Shown: positions 38,811-50,574 of the stretch, piece by piece
Layout: each line of letters begins with the position of its first letter
Position numbering within the stretch: position 1 is the stretch's first letter
Assembly (NCBI RefSeq): GCF_006345805.1
Contig: NC_043006.1
Coordinates: 84,072,001-84,136,000, forward strand
Reading direction: 5' to 3'
Source: Octopus sinensis
Taxonomy: Eukaryota
Length of the DNA stretch: 64,000 nt
Made by a program: the position numbers and the translations under genes
The notes under the pieces: generated by a model
Told to the model about the DNA's origin: nothing
Databases searched by the model: none
Seen by the model: the letters and a program-made list of their open reading frames with translations, nothing else

Positions 38811-39437
38811 TACTGCAATGGTCAGCTTTGCTTTTCATCCTTTCAAAGTTGATAAAGCACTGGACAAGCCCCCAACACCTTCAAAATTTCAGGCCTTGTG
38901 CCTCTATTGGAAAGGATTGTTCTATTTATTCTTTGAGAAAATTGTATGTTCGCTGATTTATGGACTTTGTTCTGTTACCATACTGTGAGCTGAATGCAAC
39001 TCTTTTGATACATGAGTTTGCCCTTGATTCTGTGACACAAACTTCCTGTTTTAAAGTTATCTTAAATAAAAATATTTATGAATTTGTTTTGCAAGATTTC
39101 TGGTGTGATAAGAAGAAAAAAAATATGGCTATCATAGTGCTCTCTTTCCTTAACGTGAAGCTTCCTATCCAGGACATGTGAGCATGCGCACAACATCCAA
39201 ACACTGCGTAGCTGGAACAGTGAAGCACACACTTCTATACAATGATTTCTGTATTTTTTCATAAACTGGGGGATGGCTACTAACATTAAGCTTAAAGATT
39301 ATATACTGTACAAGTATAAAGAAAGAATTAAGAAAAAAGAACTCATTATATTGAATGTTATGGATATATCGAGTGGAAATAGGCGGGTGCTGCAGTTCCG
39401 CAGTGCCTATACACGAGTAGCCACTGTAAACATCCAT
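38811..39437 (+). repeat. Direct duplication copy 2 (probable donor)
   Basis: Continuous with an upstream SINE C head; same sequence as 35043-35678. Confidence 0.95.
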
Positions 39438-39870
39438 ACCTGTTTTCAGACATTTATTAATAAATAGTTGCATATGTTCCGAGAAATATAATCTTTGCTT
39501 TCATAAGTTCCAAGTTACTCTAATGGGTGAAAAAAATTAGGTATGTTTGTCAAATATGTATGGATGCCAGGAGAGACAAAAGGTTAATTTCTTTGCTTCA
39601 TGAAGATGAGGTCTCTTAGAGCTGTTTATTCCTGGAATTCTACTGCAGAGTATTATAACAGGTCACCCTAAATGTTAATAAACTGGTTGGTTTAGCAATA
39701 AGATTTTACAATGAAACTGTTTGAGTTCAGGATTTGTGTAAGGCAGTTTAAAGTTAGATTAATGGAATTTTTGATTCAAGGATATTTTTTATTTTGAAAA
39801 TCGAATACACTGAGTTAATCTAAAATTATAGTGGTGGGCGTGGTAGGAATACACAATAATTTTAAAAATT

Positions 39871-40288
39871 GGATCTTTTCGGTTTGAACGGCAGTTTTTT
39901 AAAATAATTTCCATGTAACTAAACACTTTTAAACTTCGAATACTGGTAGAATGTGTTTATAAAACATCTTTTTCTCTTGGCTTTATTGAGAAAATTCTAT
40001 GGTTTGTAAGATATTTGTTGTTTTTTCTTCTTCAATTTCTGCAATTTCAACCAATCAATGACGTCTATTGAGGTGAAAACATTCTTTGCCGTATGAATAT
40101 GTCCCTCGTTTAAGAAACAGATTGGGTTTATTTACATTTCTGAAGAAAAAAAAGTACCCTTCCCCCCACCCCTAGCCCTAACCCTAAAACAGATTGAAAT
40201 GCAATAGATCGATACTAGGGTCATAATTATGGGTGACAATTTCATATGACACCGCTAGAAAAAACTGCCCTTCAAACCGAAAAGATCC
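39871..40288. mobile_element. MITE with GGATCTTTTCGGTTTGAACGGCAGTTTTT TIRs
   Basis: 29-bp TIRs at both ends; an 87-bp derivative with the same TIRs lies at 44930-45016. Confidence 0.8.
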
Positions 40289-40634
40289 AACATTTTGATA
40301 GTAAGCACACAGTGTGTACCAGTCCAGACCATGATGATAACTAAGGAAAACAACACGGTAAAACATTAGCTACATGAAGATACCATTTCTATCTGCCTAA
40401 CTTCACGATCACCACACCAATAGCCACGCAAAATGTAGGAGGTTTTTTTGCCTTATACGTTAAACACTATTTTTAATGTTTTAATTTTCTATACGTATTT
40501 TATTACTACATGTTTTGCTGGATTTTACCATCCCTTGTATAAATTTATTTCAAATTTCACAAGATGATTTAGCTAATTTTACAAAGGAATCTTTTTTTTT
40601 TTAATAATGAGTATTATCTTGGTCTTTTTTCTAG

Positions 40635-40726
40635 GAAAACAGCCTCTATCTGCTAACCACACCATTCAACAAGCTGTTCAACATTCTATAGAAAATCTGT
40701 CTATTCGTGTGGATAAATTCAGCAAG
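40635..40726 (+). CDS. TBC1D24: TBC1D24/sky coding exon 5 (G-KQPLSANHT...RVDKFSK)
   Basis: Acceptor TCTTTTTTCTAG, donor AAG|GTAAGA; phase 1 in and phase 0 out bridges exons 4 and 6 exactly. Confidence 0.82.
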
Positions 40727-41716
40727 GTAAGAAAAATTCAATGCATTCTAAATAGAATTTCTTTTTCGTGAGCAGATTCTGCATTTTGTGAATATAATAA
40801 ATTTTATTAGTTTTACTTCCTTTTAAAGAGGATGTTAAGCTATTAAATACTTCCTATATAAGACAGTCTTGGTTCAGCATTATAGGTGAATGAAACAGCT
40901 CGTTAATTAATTGGTACAACGCCTCCAGTGGTACCACACCTCCTTAGTGTTCATTCTTATATCTTGGTGGATTGGTTCAGGAAGACTCAAGAGTTATTCG
41001 ACAGTTTGTTAGTACCTATAGCACAGCACTGGTGATGGTATTCCAACCGTGACTTTTCGGTCAGTATTCTAACACACATTATTAATTTCGCTTTCTTCAA
41101 AATTAATGTAACAATTTTGCGTATGTATATGTCTACACGCATATATAATAAACACATGTAATTTTTCAGTATTAGTAGACGACGCCATTCACTTTTTTTT
41201 TTCTTCGCCTCTTTATCTGTCTTGAGGGAACGTTGCGTGGGTGAATGACGTTGTCTACTAATACCGAAAGATTGGCTTATCTCGTGTATGTCTGTGTATC
41301 ACGTATGCACCGTGAGTACTCAGGATAGGCTACAGTAATTAAAGTAACTTAACAACATAGGGCTGTATCACAAGACATATGTTATAATTATAGATGTGTG
41401 CACCCACCCTCAGAAAAAAAATGTATATTTTTAAATGGAGTTTTCAGAGGTATATTTTAGACTACATTAAAGATTGTCTCCGAATTTGACGTGGGGGTCG
41501 GGGTTCAAGTACCTCGGCTGTCTCTTTGTTCTGATGAGGTACGTGAATTATCATCCCCACCATCAATTTATCTTCTCAAATTTCGACATAATCGTAATCT
41601 ACAACATCTGAAAAGTATCTGTTGAAAATGTCATCTTAAAATATACGTTTTTCAGAAAGTTATGAAGAAACAAAGTCGGGGGTAGGTTAGACACACATCT
41701 GTAGTAATGCCTAAAA

Positions 41717-44571
41717 GGTACTTGTCTATTGTCGTGGTCCCGGTTTCGCACACGCGAATTCGCGCGCGCGCGCGCGCCAGACGTGGTGCTCGATACTCGA
41801 GATCCTACGAGGTGACTTGCGCATGCGCAGTGCAGAATTCGCGCATTGCGCGTTAACCCCCCCCCCTAAAAAAAGGTGTTGGATTCACTAAAAATATATG
41901 TGTGTGTGTGTGTATATATAACATTTTCCATTTACACAAAAAAATTACATAGTCGCTTTCCTCGCGGATTTACAGATAAATGAATTAATTACTATTTTAC
42001 AGAATAAAATTAATGAATTAATTATATAAATTAAATAATTCTTGAAAATTAATTAATATTAATAATATTTTTTGAACAAAGTAAATAATTTATAAAACTT
42101 GGTTAATAATTTTTTTTACACAAACGCGAACGTATATAATTTGTGAAACTTTTTTTTTTTTTTCAGACGTATATAATTTGGTAAATTTAATGAATTAATT
42201 TCTTCTCATCATCATCATCGTTTAACGTCCGTTCTCCATGCCAGCATGGGTTGGACGGTTCGAACCGGGGATCTGGGAAGCCAGAAGGCTGCACCAGACT
42301 CCAGTCTTATCTGGCAATGTTTCTACAGCTGGATGCCCTTCCTAACGCCAACCACTCCGAGAGTGTAGTGGGTGCTTTTTACATGCCACCCGCACAGGTG
42401 CCAGGAGAGGCTGGCAACGGCCACGGTCGGATGGTGCCAGTCGAGGCGGCTCTGGCATCGGCCACGATTCGGATAGTGCTTTTTACGTACCACCAGTCCA
42501 GGGGTCCTGGCATTTGCCGGGTGCCACACTTGCCCCAACATGTCTTCGCAAGCAAAGGGGGTTGGCGTGGGTGCCTGTCGTGGGATGAGGTTCGATATCA
42601 ACTTCGCTTGCCTCAACAGGTCTTTGTGTATAAATGTATAAATTTTTCGCACTAAATTCTTTCCGTAGAATTTATCAAAAAACGCGCAAAATTATTCCGT
42701 AGAATTTATCAAATTAAAAAACGCAAAATTAATATATTTTTTGAAATTGCAAATTATTTAGAATATAAAACAAATGAAGTTAAATTTAAAAATAAATGTC
42801 ATATACTTATACTCTGTAAGGTGCTGTGTTCACACTTCAATTTACTATTTTCTAGAAATGTTGCTTTTCTAATTGAAACAATTTTTCTCAATCTCCATTT
42901 AAAAGTCCATAATGCCTCTTGAGCCATATCAAAATGAACAACTTTGAATTACGCGGCGGCGGCGGTGGTGTGGTGGTGTGAGGTTCTAATTTTTTTTCTG
43001 ATCTCTCTTTGCCCCCTCTTTATCTCAGTTGTTCATTCCGCTAATATTTAGAAAAATTTTCGCGCCCATTTTTGTTGTCGCGGGAAAAGATGAACGATTT
43101 AAAATAAATATATCTTATTGTAGTGTGAGAAAGTATATTATTCTGATGACAAAATATATTATCTTTCAAAAACATCCCAAATTTATAGACTATATCGTGT
43201 AGGTTTAAGAAATATATATATATATATATATATATATAAGAGAATGAAACATCTTTCATCTGTCTCCCCACCACACCTCCATCTAGGGGGGCAAAGAGAG
43301 ATCAGAAAAAAAATTAGAACCTCACACCACCACCACCGCCGCGTAATTCAAAGTTGTTCATTTTGATATGGCTCAAGAGGCATTATGGACTTTTAAATGG
43401 AGATTGAGAAAAATTGTTTCAATTAGAAAAGCAACATTTCTAGAAAATAGTAAATTGAAGTGTGAACACAGCACCTTACAGAGTATAAGTATATGACATT
43501 TATTTTAAAATTTAACTTCATTTGTTTTATATTCTAAATAATTTGCAATTTCAAAAAATATATTAATTTTGCGTTTTTTAATTTGATAAATTCTACGGAA
43601 TAATTTTGCGCGTTTTTTGATAAATTCTACGGAAAGAATTTAGTGCGAAAAATTTATACATTTATACACAAAGACCTGTTGAGGCAAGCGAAGTTGATAT
43701 CGAACCTCATCCCACGACAGGCACCCACGCCAACCCCCTTTGCTTGCGAAGACATGTTGGGGCAAGTGTGGCACCCGGCAAATGCCAGGACCCCTGGACT
43801 GGTGGTACGTAAAAAGCACTATCCGAATCGTGGCCGATGCCAGAGCCGCCTCGACTGGCACCAATCCGACCGTGGCCGTTGCCAGCCTCTCCTGGCACCT
43901 GTGGGGTGGCATGTAAAAAGCACCCACTACACTCTCGGAGTGGTTGGCGTTAGGAAGGGCATCCAGCTGTAGAAACATTGCCAGATAAGACTGGAGTCTG
44001 GTGCAGCCTTCTGGCTTCCCAGATCCCCGGTCGAACCGTCCAACCCATGCTGGTATGGAGAACGGACGTTAAACGATGATGATGATGAGAAGAAATTAAT
44101 TCATTAAGTTTACCAAATTATACGTCTTTAAAAAAAAAAAAAGTTTCACAAATTATATACGTTCGCGTTTGTGTAAAAAAAATTATTAACCAAGTTTTAT
44201 AAATTATTTACTTTGTTCAAAAAATATTATTAATATTAATTAATTTTCAAGAATTATTTAATTTATATAATTAATTCATTAATTTTATTCTGTAAAATAG
44301 TAATTAATTCATTTATCTGTAAATCCGCGAGGAAAGCGACTATGTAATTTTTTGTGTAAAATTGAAAATGTTTATATACACACACACACACATATATTTT
44401 TAGTGAAATCCAACACCTTTTTTTTAGGGGGGGGGTTAACGCGCATGCGCGAATTATGCACTGCGCATGCGCAAGTCACCTCGTAGGATCTCGAGTATCG
44501 AGCACCTACGTCTGGCGCGCGCGCGCGAATTCGCGTGTGAGAAACCGGGACCACGACAATAGACAAGTACC
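41717..44571. repeat. Large inverted repeat: arms 41717-43016 and 43287-44571, spacer ~270 bp
   Basis: The arms are reverse complements along their length, including an RTE tail at the same position in each (42205-42625 and 43675-44098). Confidence 0.95.
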
Positions 44572-44603
44572 ATATATTTATTACATGATTAATAAAACAA
44601 AGA

Positions 44604-44873
44604 GCAATCCATCGTTTTTTATCTCGGAAAAGTGAAACTATTTGTTCGGCAAGTTCCGTAAAACCATTTTATGTCGTCACTTTTTCAGCTTAGATGCACA
44701 TAAACATAAATACACAAAAATACAGAGATAAGCGATTCGTGAAAACAAAACATTTATGTATGTGTATCTACATACACAAGGTGTTTTTCACTGTTCAGCT
44801 GCAATAAGTAAATTTTATACATAATTTGCCGAGCAAATAGTTTACTTTTCCGAGACCAAAAACGATGGATTGC
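44604..44873. mobile_element. MITE-like element with ~50-bp TIRs
   Basis: GCAATCCATCGTTTTT...CTCGGAAAAGT.AAACTATTTG.TCGGCAA at the left end, reverse complement at the right end. Confidence 0.65.
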
Positions 44874-45631
44874 CAAATAAAGAAAGTGATAGTTTTCAAT
44901 ATTTTTAGTTTCAAATCAGTTTTTTAAAAGGATCTTTTCGGTTTGAACAGCAGTTTTTTCTAGTGGTGTCTTACTAGAAATTATGTTAAAAACTGCCGTT
45001 CAAACCGAAAAGATCCTTTTAAAATTTAGCTCTCCTTACAAAGTGAGCCAGTGATGATTTCTAGTGTACCACAAAGTCAAAAACATTCTTAACCACAGTT
45101 GTACGGTATGGTTTTAGGGTGATTGGCAGTTATTTCCGGCATGTCGAATTGCTGTGTAGAGGCTTCTCCTTGGCTTGATGTTGGTAGTTTAGTGTCAGTT
45201 TTGTACATGTTGAATGGGCAACAATTGTTGTTTGGGCCACTAACTACCCTGCTCAAGCATTCCAACCATGACAATTCCGTATTTTAAGGCTATGGGTTCC
45301 TCGGGTCTTCAAAAAAACCTTTTTTTAACAATACTAAATTATGTAGCTTTAATTAGTCAATTATTAAAGCTGGCAGAAACGTTAGCACGCCGGGCGAAAT
45401 GCGTAGCCGTATTTCGTCTGAGTTCAAATTCCGCCGAGGTCCACTTTGCCTTTCATCCTTTCGGGGTCGATAAATTAAGTACCAATTACACACTGGGGTC
45501 GATGTAATCGACTTAATCTCTTTGTCTGTCCTTGTTTAGCCCCTTGTGGGTAGTAAAGAGATAGGTATTAAAACGACAGAGGGAGAAAAGAGACAGAGAA
45601 AGGAAAAGACATAAAGGTAGAAAAAGAGAGG

Positions 45632-45726
45632 GAGGGAAAGAAAGGAAGGGAGGGGGAGGGAAAGAAAGGAAGGAGGGGGAGGGAAAGAAAGGAAGGGAGG
45701 GGGAGGGAAAGAAAGGAAGGGAGGGG
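45632..45726. repeat. 24-bp polypurine tandem repeat, 4 copies
   Basis: Unit GAGGGAAAGAAAGGAAGGGAGGGG. Confidence 0.9.
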
Positions 45727-46576
45727 AAGAAAAGAGAAAGAAATAAAGGAAGGGGAGAGAAAGAGGTGAATGAGTTGGGATTGATACTGAGGAAAGGAAG
45801 AAGGTTGTTTGATCTCAGCGAAAGTACAGAAGTGATATCAACTGAGTTAAAACTGCGCTCAAACACAGACAACCGTTGAAGAAGAAATTTTCGAAGATGA
45901 GAGGGAAAAAGCCTGCGTCTAGCAAGATCAGAGAAGTAAATAAATATATTTAGTAGGACATTTTTTTTTTTTCTTGGATAACTTGGCGTTTCTTTTGTGT
46001 GTAATACATATTTGTAGTGTGTGGCATGGATGGATGAGATAGACATCTTAGGGAAACCGTTTTATTCGATTTTTAATTTTATGTAACTTTTTTGTTGTGT
46101 TCATCTCGGACCATGTCTTTCAATCTTGTAGTAGGACAATGCTAAGGACCTCGTCTATTCCCCACGCCCCCTTTTTTTAATGTCTGATTTAAATTAATTG
46201 TTCCTATACGCCCAAAATTTGACAGCCACATTATTGGGTTTCCATTTAGGAGAAAGCCAAAACAAATAAGGTAATTCTATGAATTCATATGACACTTTAT
46301 TTTTTGTTAAAAAAACATAGACATATCGGTGTATAAAAACGTTTGATTCATGTTTTGAAATGGTCAATGTTTATTCTTTTACAAAGGGAGTCTTGTTGTG
46401 ACTAGCCTTTCTGTTTACTTAGGACTTCAGTATCTAATATGCATAATCGTTAGCGCGTCGGACAAAACGTTTAGCGGCATTTTTCGGTTGTTTACGCTGT
46501 TAGCTCAAATCCCGTGGAGGACAAGTTTGTCTTTCATCCTTTCGGGGTCGATAAAATTGGTACCAGTCAAGTACTG

Positions 46577-46956
46577 GGAAAGACTTCCTCCCGTCCCCCA
46601 CCCCATTTTCTCGCAATTTTTTTTTTTTTTACCAAAAACTCCCGTTTTCGGATACGAATATTCCGGAAAATTGCCCAAAATCGGCATTTTGAAATTTTTG
46701 CTTAAAATTTCTTCATTTTCCACTTTTTTCTCTAAGCCTAACTACAAATTTTGGGGGAAATTTTTTGAGAATCATAATCTCCGTATTTTTCCGCATATTT
46801 TGAAGAAAAAAAACTATTTCTGAAAAAGTTTAGAATGAAGAAGGTGGGGGGAGTAATTTCAAAATGTCGATTTCTGCCAAATTTTTTGCAGATTCGTATT
46901 CTAGCTAGAAAAAAATTTTAAAGAGGGTGTTTGGTGGTACAAAACGAAGTCTTGCC
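46577..46956. mobile_element. Non-autonomous DNA transposon with 8-bp TSD, nested in a SINE C
   Basis: TIR GG(A/C)AAGACTTC; TSD AAGTACTG at 46569-46576 and 46957-46964; removing it restores CCAGTCAAGTACTGGGGTCGAT. Confidence 0.75.
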
Positions 46957-48376
46957 AAGTACTGGGGTCGATATAATCAACTTGGTCCACCTCCCCTCTC
47001 AAAATTACGAAGATTTTTTTTTTTTTGCATTTGGCATTCTTTCGGTTTGTGATCACAATTTGAAAGTAATTTGAATTGACTCTGACATTTTCTGCAAATC
47101 TTGGTACAAATTAAAATAACTTTTTTCTTTCATATCCATGTTCCTTTAATAATAAATCATAAATTATCACAGACTTTTCGGTAAATTTTTACAAAAAAAG
47201 AAAAATTTCCCAAAAATGGGGGGGGGCTTCCTCCTTTTTCTGAACCACCAAAATAAGGGATTTGCGAGAAAGTAGGAGGTCAGGGGAGTTGGTTCCACGC
47301 GAAAAATCGTTTTTTTTTTTTAAATGCATAGTAAAAATTTACCAGCACGCGGTTCACTAAGAAAAAATAACAAGGATTTTATGCCTGGAATCAAGTACCC
47401 TGACCTCTTAATATGTCGCAAACCCCTTATTCTTAGTGGACTGTGTGCGGGTGTACTTGTCCAAATTTACCAACCAAACATTGGTTTTCGTTTCATAAAT
47501 AATTTGTTATAAACATTGACTGAGGTTTTTCATAATTTTCATTCAGATATCAAACGTTTGAAATTATCTAGCGCGCCAAAAACCGTAATTTTACGGTACA
47601 TCATTCTGTTTCTGGGCTATAAACTAAAATTACAACTGTGCCATTGTATCGAAACAATTTTACGAACTGAAATTTGTTGAAAAACATGTTTCAGTTTCAT
47701 TTCTTAGGTTCATTCACTTTTTTCAATAAATTATTGCATTCTTTCGTTACTAGCAACAAATGTTAAAATCATATGATCTTTAACGAAGGAATTCCCATTT
47801 TTTTTTTATTATTCAGGATCTAAATTTACGTTGTATAATACAAAAATATTAAAAAGAAAATTTTTAACCCACCGTTTCTTTTTTTTTTTCTTTCTTTTCC
47901 ACTTGTAATATATAAAGTGTCTTTTCCTAAAACCTTGCTCACATATTCAAGTTGAAAGAAATGAGAAAACAAAATGTGGTAGCTGCTTGTTTGGGAATGA
48001 ATCCTTTCAGATAACAATAACCGACTGACAATATAAAACTAAGGAATATCCCAGGCATATTTAGGACCAACAAAGTACAGTGATAAACCATTTGATAACA
48101 TTATTCATGGTTTAACCCTCGGTTTCATTTGTGTCACAAAATGGCGGCTTTATATTAGATATTCGAACTTCTAGAATAAGCAGTCGGATCTCTCCTCAAC
48201 TCATATTTTATTGTTTTAATAAAGGAGGAATTATTTTGGATTTGTGCTCAAAAACTGAGTTTGATCGATACCATTCGGTAAACTCAAAAGATCATCGTGT
48301 CAATGAAATGAAACCATGAAATTTGTCCGATTTAGTTGTGTATGATGTATGAGCATATGTGTAAATCTTTTTTGAC

Positions 48377-50320
48377 ATGGTAGTGCTCAGAATCGAGAGC
48401 ATAAATGTGAGGGGCCTTGGGTAGTCTTGGAAACAAGGTCACCTCTAAAACGACCTGTGTGGATGTAGCAGCCATTAGCGAAGCCAGGCTCTCCAACCTG
48501 CTGGAACTTGCAGCCCTTTTTGATGGATATGAGATTTTTCTATCTCTGTGTCGGCCAGGAGCGGGCAGTGGTGGTACTGCAGTGCTATTCTGGAAAGGCC
48601 TGGATTTGAAAGTAAAAGCAATCTTCCTGGATGTGAACAGTAGTGACAGCGGTGCCTTCATATTGGTGGCTACTTATACTCCGACAGGGGCAGGGTAGTC
48701 GGATTATTTCAAGTAATTGGAGGTTTTCATGGGTACGTCTTGCACTTTAGTGCTAGTTGGGAATTGGAATGCTGTCTTAGACAAACATTTCAGTTGGGTG
48801 GGCATGGGAGCATCTGATTGTAGAGGGGGTGCAAAAGCCTCACCAACCTTCTCAGACGCTTTCAACTGTCTGACAGATATCGACTAGATAACCTGAATGT
48901 GCCAATGTGGACTTGGACAAATCGCATCAGGTCATCTAGATTGTACCTAGACAGTTTTCTGTAGGCCAGTAGATAGGAGAGCATAGGGTATCCACAATTT
49001 CACTTAGTTGGCCACACAGACCGCAAATTTGTGAGCTGGCACGGGTGGGGCTTTGATCAATTTAGATCAGCATAAAACCTTTGATAGGGTCGACCATCGA
49101 TACTTGGCAACTATTCTCAAGGCAGCCGATTTCGGTCTGGTCTTCTGTGAGTGGATCACTGCTTTGTACAGCAGCACCTGCTTGATTATACAAGTGAAAA
49201 GTCACCTGTCAGAGCCATTTGGCATCTTGCGCTTAGTCCACCAAGGATGCCCTATCTCCTCCTACTGACTCTCAAGCCGTTACTGTGGGAGTTGAAGGCT
49301 TTGAGGGGTGTCCTATGTGATCTAGGCTGCGGGAAGAGCATGTCTGTCCATGCCAACGACATCACCATGACAGTGTTGAGCCACAGGCATATTGACCTGA
49401 TTAGTAACACTAAACGAGTACGAAGTGGTGACAGGAGCCAAAATTAATGCAGAGAAGTTGGTGGGTTTGCAACTCAGCACCTAGAGAGGCAAGTCTATGC
49501 AGTCCAACAATGTTGTAGGGTGCTGGACAGACGGTCCAGTTAAATTGCTCGGGGTCTGGTTTGGTCCAGACCTCCAGGTGGAGAAAAACTGGGATGAGGT
49601 GACAAACAGGGTGGCCAATCTCACCCAGAAATTGGCCAAGAGGAAGTGCTAACGAGAGGTACTGCCTGTCCAAGATAAACTTTACAGGTGCGGAAGTGCC
49701 ATCAGTTGGACCTGCCCAAGGTCTGCTCAGAGCAACGAAACCGTTCTGCACATACTCATCCCGTGCCCAAGCATTACTGATCCAGTTATCAGCCGAATCC
49801 ATAGTGAAGATTGCCCTGCTGGCCTCCTTTAATTAGGAGGGGAAGGCAATTTTCATTTGTCTGGTGGCTGTAGAGAAAGAAGTAGTATGGTGGACTCATT
49901 TGAAAGGGCTAACGTCAGACACTTTCCTCTTTGGCCAAAGCCTCATCAGCTTTAAGTTCCATTGGAAAAGTAAAGTGTGGGTAGAGAGGGGTGTGTTGGC
50001 TTGTAGCAAATTTGTTGAAAGGTGGGTGAACGTCGAAAAAATGGCCAGTATGGTTGGACCAATTCTGAAAATATACCTGTAAAAAAAAAGTATAAAAGAA
50101 AGGCTCTTGCTCTGTTGATCAGGCACCTGTGGCTTTTATGGGTTTTTCCACGAGTAACCTTTGAAGTGCTTCCCCCATTGGGAGATTTTACTTGTCACAT
50201 TTTTATTATCAAATGTTTACACAGATTTTTTTTTTTTTGTGCAAAATCCTTTGTATATTGTCTTGTGTTGTCCTTTAATGTTTTGATTTATATTAGCCCT
50301 TGTGGCCAATAAAAGAATTA
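48377..50320 (+). mobile_element. Internally deleted Tx1/L1-clade LINE ORF2 pseudogene (APE endonuclease, RT fragment, CCHC region, 3' UTR)
   Basis: MVVLRIESINVRGL (APE start), INLDQHKTFDRVDHRYL and LVHQGCPIS (RT), AVEKEVVWWT (C-terminus); many frameshifts; AATAAA at 50308. Confidence 0.85.
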
Positions 50321-50361
50321 TCATTATTATTATTATTAATGTTGTTATTTTATATTTTCAG

Positions 50362-50574
50362 TTAATCTTTGGAATACGAGGACTTAACAGAAGAGAGATA
50401 AGAAAATTTCTTGTGAAAAACGAAATGCTTGTTAAAAGTCGTGCCAAAGCCCTCAATACATCTTTGTCGAGCTGGTCACTCGGAGCAGAACCCCAAGACG
50501 GTGCTAGTACATCAAAAAACTTCATGGGAACTGTCATACAGTCTCCTTCTTCTTCTGTTCTCAGTCTAGACAAC
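50362..50574 (+). CDS. TBC1D24: TBC1D24/sky coding exon 6 (LIFGIRGLNRREIRKF...SVLSLDN)
   Basis: Acceptor TATATTTTCAG, donor AAC|GTAAGT; FGIRGLNRREI resembles F.IR.FSR.EI of TBC1D24. Confidence 0.9.

Noticed and set aside
40171-40187. CCCTAA telomere-like units
   Set aside because: Only 2-3 imperfect units, internal to a MITE.
45513-46046. 177-aa minus-strand ORF
   Set aside because: Largely the complement of a polypurine repeat and a SINE end; no recognisable domain.
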